DNA of 64,000 nt from Octopus vulgaris (lineage: Eukaryota). The stretch lies in assembly GCA_951406725.2 (NCBI GenBank), contig OX597815.1:208444001-208508000 (forward strand). The letters run 5' to 3'. The number at the start of each line of letters is the position of its first letter. Position 1 is the stretch's first letter. Shown here piece after piece: positions 54,218-64,000 of the stretch. The notes under the pieces are model-generated. The model saw only the letters and a list, made by a program, of their open reading frames with translations. It had not been told where the DNA came from and did not search any database. Position numbers and translations under genes: made by a program.

Positions 54218-54225
<8 letters not shown>
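53882..54225 (-). mobile_element. Hammerhead-bearing insertion with inverted ends plus tail, in (TA)n
   Basis: Arms 53882-53923 and 54140-54181; tail 54182-54225 recurs inverted at about 62580-62620. Confidence 0.75.
54006..54045 (-). ncRNA. Minimal hammerhead motif, A9C variant
   Basis: Minus strand CCA-CTGATGC-G-GTTACA ggag TGTGAC-GAAA-GAAC-TC-TGG. Confidence 0.6.
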
Positions 54226-54248
<23 letters not shown>

Positions 54249-55397
54249 GTGTGTCTTTTTATGAGTGTATGGGACTGCCAATATAATATGTCATTTTATT
54301 ATTTAAGATGCTATGCTTTGACTGCTATTTAAGGTAGGTAGAGTGACCGTGTATTGGAGCCACTGTAATGTGTTTGTGTGTGCGTGTGTGCACACATGTG
54401 CATGTGTGTGCGTGAGCATGTGCCTGTGTGTGTATGTGTGTGTTTGTCTATATCCCTGTATTTCTGACGAGGTAGACTTTACCTTTCATTCTTTCGGGGT
54501 TGATAAATTAAGTACCAGTTGCGTACTGGGGTTGATCTAATCGACTAGCCCCCTCCCCAAAATTTCTGGGGCTTCTGCCTAGAGTAGAAAAGATATATCC
54601 CTGTCTTGACATCACATGATAGCTGTAAATGAACATCACTGTTATACAAGCAGCATTATCCATTTCCGGTTTTCTGTGAAAATTATCTCTGGCAATGGAG
54701 AAATATTACCTTGCTTGGAAACAGGTAGCAGCTGGTCACAGAAATGATATCCAGTACAAAGCTGTGGACTTCACAGTTGCTATATTAAATCTGATATTTT
54801 AGAATCAGGTTTCTAATTAGCTAATGTGCGGTTGAAGTAGTTGTACAGCTGGTATTTATGTACTGGAAATATGATTTTATGTGTTATGAGACCTCCTCCA
54901 ATACGAATTGATTTGTGAATTCTTTTTGGAGTGTAATAGAGATCTTATAGCATTGTATAAGAGATTTATACAACTCTGTTGTAGCTATAAGAATTTTTTC
55001 TGAACTATAATGATTTGAATGTTGAGTGTGATGATTAAATGTTTTATAACTTTTTAAAAGTACATTTCAGATCATTAGTGTACAGTAGAATTTTAAAAAA
55101 ATGTTTGTATTGTGTTTAAAAGGCTTACTTTTGTCTGTGAAGTGCTGGAATTTATTTTAATATCTCTTCAATGAATCTGTAGAAATAATAGTGATACAAT
55201 TTATTTTTATCACAGTTATTGTTATAAATATAATTGTGAAATATATATTGCTGTTTCATTGTGTTGGTGTGAGTGTTATGTTTTTAGATATTTTGGTGTT
55301 GACTTAGGAAATATCAAACTGAACAACAACCATATAGTTCTTGGCAGTCTGGAGCAGGGGAAAACCTTTAGAGATTGTGGTTACTGCATCCCCTTTT

Positions 55398-56940
55398 TTA
55401 AATTATGGTTTCGAATTTTGGCATAGGGCCAGTGATTTCGGGGCAGGGGAATAAGTCACTTGCATCAATCCCAGTGCTCAACTGGTACTTATTTTCTCGA
55501 CCCTGAAAGGATGAGAGGCTAAAGTTGACCTCAGCAGAACTTGAACTCAGTACATAAAGATGGGACAAAATACCCCTATGCATTTTGTCCAGCATGCTAA
55601 TATTTCTGTCAGTTCACCACCTTATCTCTTTTTCTAATGATAAAAAAAAAATGTCATCTCTCATTTATCAGATAAAATATATCATATATAGGATGGTGAG
55701 CTTGGCAGAGTTATTAGCATGCCTTGCAAAATGCTTAGTGGTATTTCATTTGCCATTTCGTTCTGAGTTCAAATTCCACCGAGGTTGACTTTGCCTTTCA
55801 TCCTTTCGGTGTTGATTAGATAAGTACCAGTGACGCACTGGGGTCAATGTAATCGACTTAATCCCTTTGTCTGTCCTTGTTTGTCCCCCCTATGTTTAGC
55901 CCCCTGTGGGCAATAAAGAAATAAAAAATAAAATATATTCTACCTTTGGGCAAGCACTGGTCTATAGTTCAATCTGCTATATACCACAGTATATTTTACT
56001 TACAATTGCACATCTGTATGTTACCAAAGTATTAGATGGCATAATGGTTACTTTGGCGGTAAACTTTGCATCTAAAATCTTGCACAATACTCAGTCTATT
56101 CATGTGAATTTATAATTATTAGTCTGAAGAAGAGGATGGCACACCTGTAAACTTTCAGTGGAGAATTGGAAAAATGGGGGATAGAGGAATAGAGTATTTA
56201 ATATTTAATTTCAATCTTCAGGCAGTGAGCTGTCAGAATCATTTGCATGCTTAGCAAAATGTTTGGTGGTATTTCATCTGTCATTACATTCTGAGTTCAA
56301 ATTCTTATTTCTTTATTGCCCACAAGGGGCTAAACATAGAGGGGACAAACAAGGACAGACAAAGGGATTAAGTCGATTACATCGACCCCAGTGCGTAAAG
56401 GCAAAGTCGACCTCGGCGGAATTTGAATTCAGAACGTAACGGCAGACGAAATACCACTAAGCATTTCGCCCCGCGTTCTAACGTTTCGGCCAGCTCCCCG
56501 CCTTGGCAGACGAAATACCACTAAGCATTTCACCTGGTGTGCTAACGTTTTTGCCAGCTCATTGCCTTGAGTTCAAATTCTGCCAATGTCAACTTGGCCT
56601 CCCATCCGTCCAGGTTGATAAAAGAAGTAACAGTTGAGCATTGGGGTCAATGCAATCAATATGTCTCTTCCCCAAAATTTATTGACCTGTGCCAACATCT
56701 GAAATTATTATTTATTTCTAAGCTTCAGACAGCAAGCTGACTGAATTGTCAGCATGCTGGGTGAAATGGTTAGTGGTATTTCATTTGTTGTTACATTTTG
56801 AGTTCAAATTACACTGAGACCACCTTTGCCTTTCACCCTTCTGGAGTCAATAAAAGATGTACCAGCAGAGTACTGAGGCCAGTGTAATCAACCCCTTCTC
56901 TCAAAACTGCTGGCCTTGTGCCAAAATTTGAAACCAATAT
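55398..56940. mobile_element. Cluster of family B SINEs on both strands, partly nested
   Basis: Copies at about 55398-55622 (-), 55690-55925 (+) and 56220-56940 (mixed). Confidence 0.8.
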
Positions 56941-57269
56941 TTCAAGCTTTGGGCCTCATGGAGGCAAAGAGGCTGAGTTCCTTCCAAGCATTGGGCCCCA
57001 CAGAGGCAGTGACTGAGACCTTTGGTATAATGTCATGTTTGAGAAGAAGACCCATCAAGTCAAGCAAAATCCCAGTCATGGCAGATACTGGTGTCATGCA
57101 AATGGCACCTGTGCCAGTGACACGTAAAAGCACCCATTACACTCTTGGAGTGGTTAGCATTAGGAAGGGTTTCCAGCTGTAGAAAACCATGCCAAATCAG
57201 ACAGATTTGTCTTGACCAATTTGTCTGGGTGAGTCTTGACCAATTAGTCACATGGCTTTCATTTTGATG

Positions 57270-57510
57270 TGGTTTTTTAACAGTTACAGGTCAGAGTGTA
57301 GGGGGGAGGTTGTGTGAATGTTTGAATATGCTGTTGTATGCTTTGTTGGAAGTAAAATTATCTAAGCATGTGTAGCTAACCTTGATGTTATGAGAATTAA
57401 AGAGTTTATTGATATCATTGAGTTCTTGGGAAATGCTTCTGAATTTGTATTAGTAAGCTCCTAGCTATATTAGTGGAAATATCTAGATTGAATATCTTTC
57501 TCTTTCTAAC
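57270..57510 (-). pseudogene. PLE fragment (thumb/linker region)
   Basis: RKRKIFN..STNIARSLLIQIQKHFP..LFNSHNIKVSYTCLDN..TCNC. Confidence 0.65.
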
Positions 57511-58499
57511 TCTCTTTAGGTTTGGTTGATGGAGTGGGGTGGGGTGGGGGAATACATCCATGTAATATCTCCAGTTCTCACACATTATAAAAGACCTCAT
57601 TTTTGAGTAGCCATGGGAGATTGTCGTTGTTGCTCTATGCCCCACTGCAATACCATGGAAAAACAATTATTTCACACTCTCTCCTCTCTCTCTCTAACAG
57701 TATCACATTTCTGTCTCACACCCTTTCACTACACAAATGGTGACAGTCGAAGCTTTTACATAGCTACTAAATGTCATTTGATTTTGTTGCTCTATGAAAA
57801 ACCTTTCCTCATAGCAACAAACATAATGTAATAAATGTAACATACACATTATTGATATAACATTCTCCAGAGACTATTATTTTGTGGAGAGACACATAAT
57901 TTGAGACTGAAAAGAATGCTTTCACACACACTTACCTAACTATGGAAACATGCACACACACACACACACACAACAGACACACACATGCACAACCATGGTA
58001 AATTATTGCCTTAAATATTTCTTCCCAGACAATTTTGGTGAACATTTGAACTATGACAATATTTGAACATTTGCAGTCATATTAACTTTTTTCATGTTCT
58101 GTAGATGAATTATGTTTGACTTCACACAATTTTTCTAATTCTGTTTTTATTATCACTGTTTTTTTTCTCTCTTTTTTTTTTATTTTTTATCATGTGTTGA
58201 ACTCTATTTTACCGATTATTTCAACTAAATTGTTATACACTTTTGCTTTGGCATAACTTTACTTCTTCTGCTTGCTGTCATCAGTCGTGATTCACTTTTT
58301 ATTAAAAGAATAAATTAACCATCTTCGTCTATACTGGAATCTTAATGTTTTCTACTTGTTCTTGATGACTTAATGTGTTACAAGGTATTCAGATCTCCCC
58401 AGAGTGAAGGACCAGATCAGTTAATTAACGAGCCACTCTGTGGTAGCTTGACCAGCTAAAAACAACAGCTGTATCACCACTGAACCTCACCAAGTTGCT

Positions 58500-59033
58500 T
58501 TAACCCTATAGAATTTAAGCCAGCCATATCCAGCCAAAACATAGTCCTTGTTTTATGTTCAAACTGATCGTTACCAGCGTTGCCTTACTTGCATTTGTGC
58601 CAGTGGCATGTGAAAAAGCATTTGAGCGAGGTCGTTACCAGTGCCACTAGACTGGCCCCTGTGCAGGTGGAATGTAAAAAACACCATTTGAGTGTGGCCG
58701 TTGCCAGTACTGCCTGACTGGCCCTCATGCCAATTGCATGTAAAAGCACCCACTACACTATCAGAGTGGTTGGTGTTAGGAAGGGCATCCAGCTGTAGAA
58801 ACTCTGCCAGATCAGATTGAAGCCTGGTGCAGCCATCTGGTTCACCAGTCCTCAGTCACATCATCCAACATGGAAAGCGGACATTAAATGATGATGACCA
58901 GATGCAGCCACTCTCAAAAATAAGCTATCGCATCATCAAATCTCAAAGGTATGAGATGATGCCTGATCAATTCAAAACAATATAAAACAATAAGCATTAC
59001 TATTGACAGAGTAATGAGAATTCTAAAGAATTA
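58500..59033. mobile_element. piggyBac-type MITE interrupted by a family C SINE (58566-58896)
   Basis: Starts TTAACCCTATAGAATT with a degenerate right end AATTCTAAAGAATTAG; internal sequence resembles 9775-9883. Confidence 0.55.
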
Positions 59034-60272
59034 GAAAATGGTAAGATCTATTGACCCAAACAGTCTACGATACATTATTCTTTAAAACAATACAGGTCAG
59101 TTGTAGTTGAGAATCCTTTGACAATAGATTTACTCTGGGACTATCATCATCACTATCAGCTAATTGAGCTTGCTCAGATTTGTGTAACTCACTCATGCCG
59201 CTCTTAAAGATTCTATATATTATTTGAAGAAGTCAATAAGGTGTAGCAGAAGTGATTTACATTGTCATTGTGAGATGTTTTCGTTTTGACTCATCTAGGC
59301 TTGAATACCTGTAAAACAGAGCTCCCTAGGCCTTTTCATTTCAGCAGGTCACATGACCTCATGATTGAACAAACCTGTTGTTTGTATTGGTCAGTTTCCA
59401 GCTGTCCAATCACGTTGGTGCAACAGTTTATTTTTCCTTATGCGGGAAATTAATCCCCAGCTTCTAGGAGCCTATTCCCTATAAGAACAGTGGTTCTCGA
59501 CTGTTCTAGGTCTTTGGCACTCACCATTGACCACATGCAACTTGTTTCCAGCAACGATGTACTGACACCAGCCAGTCTCCACTTTCATCTCCACCAGACA
59601 CCTGTCTACATCATTGCTGTATGAAGCCCACATGACCAACAGACCAATTTACAGACCATTTACTCCTCTTCGTTGGTGGGGCAACATCCTATGTTGGTAT
59701 ACAGTCAGTCAGTCAATAAAGGATTTTGTGAGGCAGCTGAGTTGAAGATATCCATGTTGGGTGACCATAGGAGTGTCACGATCATATTTTCCTGCATACA
59801 AGTTGAATTTTTCACACCAAATGTTGCAGCCGAAAACAAGATAAGTTGATTTATACACCAAGATGAACTTGGAAGGCCAAAGATTCCATGTGAAATGCAT
59901 CAAGATTTTGAAAGATAGTGATGATGTTTGAATGTTTGCATTATGTACTATGTTGATTTGTGTGACAAAAAATACAGTAATAAATTTTAACTAAGCATTT
60001 ATCTCTCTTGAATGACATTAGCATTAGCAAAAAGACTGCTATACAGCCTTCTGTTTGTGTAAAATGCTTTTAAACATAATATTTATTAAAGTCTGTAACA
60101 TGTAGGTATAAGCATCATCAAGTCTTATCTCCAAGTGCTTAATGAATGTCCAAGCAGTTGACTTGTACAATGGCTGGTTCCACAGTGGTACCAAGCAGTG
60201 AATAGTAAAAGAATAAACCATTTAATAATATCTTAGAAAGAGTGAAAGTCCAATCTTCTCAAATTTCTTTTT

Positions 60273-62508
60273 CTGGTCAACAGCCAATTTTCATCAGGGA
60301 TATTATATGGTGTTTCATATGTAGTTTTGCCCGCAGATTTACAAAATGTAATCGGTTTCCTTCTATCAGGCAGTTTTTCTGAAGAGATAAGAGAGGTATA
60401 TAACTTCCATCAGCAGTATCGCTACACGTAAACGTCTTATACAGGTAAATTCTGACTTCTGTTTTATAACTATTTGTAGTCATTTTGTAATTTTATGTTT
60501 TCATAATTTTTTCTTTTCATAAATTTTACTTTCCGTTTAAGGTGCCAAGTCATCTTCATCATCAAATTCTACTCAGGATGTCAAGGCATTGCAAGAACAG
60601 TCCTGATGTATTTTGTTATGTCTGTGGTTCATTTACCACCAAAGCTCAGCAACGTTCATCACAAGTGAAATCAAGAAGATCTACCAGTTATACTTGGCTG
60701 CTCTCTCAGGGATCAAGATAAGAGTTGGGCCCTGCACATCATCTGCTCAGCTTGTTCAAATGGACTAAGGGATTGGCTGAATAAGAGGAAGAGAGCAATG
60801 GAGAGAGCCAAAGGATCATTTCATGGACTGTTATTTCTGCAACGTTAATGTATGTGGGTTTACTGTAAAGACCAAGCATAAGATTGTGTATCCCAACTTG
60901 GAATCAGCAAGAAGACCAGTACAACACAATGATGTTGATCTTCCTATTCCAATACCACACCAGAAAATGGCCTTCAGATGTCTGACGAAGATGTATTTCC
61001 TGAAGAAAATACTACTGTTGTGGAAGACACCAAAGTGGATGCAGATTTCACGATTGAAAATGAAGATGTACCACAGAAATTTTCTTAAGGAGAGTTAAAT
61101 GATTTAGTTAGAGACTTGTCATTGTCGAAGAATAAAGCTGAACTATTTGCATCTTGCCTACAAGAAAAGTGTCTGCTTAAGAAAGATGTTTGTATTACTC
61201 ATTTCAGGAAGAGAAATAGGGATCTGACTTCATGCTTCTCTGTTGATGGACCACTTCGTTTTAGTATGATCAGCTATTTCGCTGTTTGTTTCAAGAGCAT
61301 GTTCCGGCTGAATGGCACTTATTCATTGATTCATCTAAGAGACGCCTCAAGGCAGTACTACTACACACTGGCAATAAGAAACCATCCATTCCCATAGGAC
61401 ATTCAGTGCACATGAAGGAGTGCTATGAACACATGCAAGTACTCCTCAATGCCATAAAATATACAAACTACAGCTGGAAAATATGTGGAGACTTGAAGGT
61501 GATTGGAATGTTGATGGGAATGCAATCTGGGTTCACAAAATATTGTTGCTTTTTATGCCTATGGGACAGTCGTGCAACTAACAAGCACTATGTGCAATCA
61601 GAGTGGCCTTTGCAAAAATTATGAGCCGGGAGTTTCTAGCGTCCAGAGCAAGCCACTTTTAAACCCAGAAAATGTTCTTCTTCCCCCTCTTCACATAAAG
61701 CTTGGCCTCATGAAATAATTTGTGAAGACATTTGCCAGGAAAAACTCAAAAGGTGTTGAATATGTGAAGGCCAAATTTTCAAAAATCACCGAGGCAAAAC
61801 TGAAGGAGGGCGTATTCATAGGTCTGCAGATAAAAGAACTCCTGAAGGACAACCATTTCCTCACAGCACTGGATAAGGTTGAGCTTAAAGCCTGAGAATC
61901 CTTCAAATGGCTCTGTGAAAATTTCCTGGGCAACAAGAGATCTCTAGAGTTTAGAAATGGAGTGAAATGTCTTCTAGACTCTTATGCTACAATGGGATGT
62001 CGGATATCACTAAAAGTTCATTTCCTTGATTCACATCTGGACTTTTTTTGCAGAGAACCTTGGAGCAGTGTCTGATGAGCAAATGGAACGCTTTCATCAC
62101 AATATTGCATCGATGGAACAACGATATTAAGGATTTTGGAATGCAGGAATGTTAGCTGACTACTGTTGGATGTTATACGGGGATGAACCTGAGACAAAAC
62201 ACCATAGAAAGTCCAAATCGCAAAGATTTTAAGTTGTTTTGCATTTGAGTGTATTCTAACTTATTTGTACACAATAATTTTAATTTTGTACCATGAAAAG
62301 CCATGAAATTATCGTATCTTGTATTCAATATACTTTATATAGACATGCTTTACGTATCCTATAAGTTAAAACAGCAGGTATCATTAACAGGAAAATGTGA
62401 CCTGATAGAGGAAATCGGATTTCAGATTCGTAACCAGCATCAAAAATTAACCCAGAAAAGTCAATCAGTAACTCTGAGGATTAAAAGAAATTTCATTTTG
62501 TTGACCAG
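60273..62508 (+). mobile_element. Chapaev3-type (CMC superfamily) DNA transposon
   Basis: Inverted ends CTGGTCAACA (60273-60282) / TGTTGACCAG (62499-62508) enclose a transposase pseudogene. Confidence 0.8.
60578..62232 (+). pseudogene. Chapaev3-type transposase, disrupted
   Basis: MSRHCKNSPDVFCYVCG, DKSWALHIIC, DCYFC, EWHLFIDSSKRRLKAVLLH, CGDLKV, CFLCLWDSRA, LPPLHIKLGLMK, SDEQMERFHH, MLADYCW; multiple stops and frameshifts. Confidence 0.88.
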
Positions 62509-62679
62509 TATAATTATCAGTGATTTTCAACCAGGGGCCTCATGGCCCTTTTGTTGTTTAAGTTATACATTTATGTATTTTGCAAGATTCCTGATGTGAA
62601 ATCGTGTGTTGAAACAAATATTGTTATATATGTTGGGGGAGGGGGGTGTATGATTTTTTTTTTGCCAATTAAATACAAT

Positions 62680-63045
62680 CTTTTATTTGCTTCAGTCATT
62701 TGACTGTAGCCATGCTGGAGCACTGCCTTTAGTTGAACAAATTGACCTCAAGACTTATTCTTTGTAAGCCTTGTACTTATTCTATCAGTCTCTTTTGCCA
62801 AACCACTAAATTAAGGGGACGTAAACACACCAACATTGGTTGTCAAGCGATGGTGGAGGTGGAACAAACACACACACATATATATATCAGGCCTTTTTTC
62901 AGTTTTCGTCTGCCAAATCCACTCACAAGGCTTTGGTCAGCTTGAGGCTATAGAAGACACTTGCCCATGGTGCCATGCAGTGAGACTGAACCCGGAACCA
63001 TGTGGTTGATAAGCAAGCTACTTACTACTCAGCCATGCCTGCACC
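62680..63045 (-). mobile_element. Family A SINE, diverged
   Basis: Full-length match with more substitutions. Confidence 0.85.
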
Positions 63046-63650
63046 TGTTTATCTGTACTTTTTATTTGATCTTTACATCAGTTTTTTATGATGATGATGA
63101 TGATGATGATGATACTATAGGCCTGTGCTAAAATTTAAGTTTTTATATAAATATCATGCATAACACAAATTCCAGAATTACTGCTGCCCCAAGCTTGTTC
63201 TTGTATATTTTGTACATCTCTAATTTTAAAGTTCCTGAAAAAAAAAAAAAGAAAGAAAAAAGGGGTGGTCATAGTCGGAGTGTCTTTCGATCAGAGTTGA
63301 CCTGGTGTTAAACATACTTTTCCTTTCGCAAAATGATCACACTCTTTTTTTTGATGAGTAGGCACTCTGTATGAATAATATAAACATTTTGCGTAGCGAA
63401 CCAAGCAGGTAAGCCCTACGTTAAAAATAGCAGCCAAATTACTCGTACATAAACATAACAGGATAATGTCAGTGAGGGTACAATACACGAAAAAAAAAAA
63501 AAAAAAACCCCGATTGTCTTACCAATATAAAGCTCTGGTATAAACGGACAACAAGCACATTGTTTTGCATAAACAGCCTAAAGTTTCGGGGAGTACCCTT
63601 TCCCATCACTTTCCGACTAATTTATTCCAGTTTTAACTATTCATACTCAC

Positions 63651-63707
63651 TAATAATCGACGCTGACGATCAATAGTTTCGGCAGATTCTGATGTTGGCA
63701 CAAGCAT
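63651..63707 (-). CDS. Candidate first coding exon of an unidentified gene (MLVPTSESAETIDRQRRLL)
   Basis: ATG in GGCATG context, 19 open codons and a consensus donor GTGAGT; lies in a repeat-poor, locally CpG-richer zone. No homology recognised. Confidence 0.3.
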
Positions 63708-64000
63708 GCCCCACCGCGGCCGATTTTACTTCTTTGTAACTTTCAAACAAATTTTTATATTCAAATGAAATTTTCTACAAATACCTTTTGTATCGGAATA
63801 TTGGGAGAGAAATGGTGGATAGACACACATTACACACTAACTGACATCGCATAATTTTTGCAAAATTCATTTGTCTTTGAATGTATGTGTATTCGCCCAC
63901 CGCTTTCCCACATTAAATTCTGATATAACAGTAATCAACATCACCTGAAAGGTGTTTGTAGAATATTTCATTGCTAATATATCCACTGTTATGAAAGTTG

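Overview
AT-rich, repeat-saturated eukaryotic genomic DNA, most likely octopus (inferred from the SINE repertoire and the (TATG)n/(TA)n/(TAA)n microsatellite load). No host protein-coding gene can be identified with confidence; most ORF-track entries are microsatellite or SINE read-throughs. The window holds many tRNA-derived SINEs, a full-length but frameshifted mariner nested inside a decayed Neptune-type Penelope-like element (PLE), and a cluster of Dong/R4-type restriction-endonuclease retrotransposon 3' ends sitting in (TAA)n tracts. It also holds RTE, Tx1/L1 and Gypsy fragments, solo-LTR-like elements, piggyBac/mariner MITEs and a Chapaev3-type transposon. The most striking signal is a set of short non-coding insertions carrying minimal type-I hammerhead ribozyme motifs (several with different core substitutions) and PLE-style inverted ends. 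One of them (587-912, bounded by a 12-bp target-site duplication) joins a tRNA/Pol III head to a hammerhead and a PLE-like inverted tail, making it a candidate Penelope-mobilised, ribozyme-bearing SINE. All calls are from reading the sequence by eye; nothing was computed or searched.
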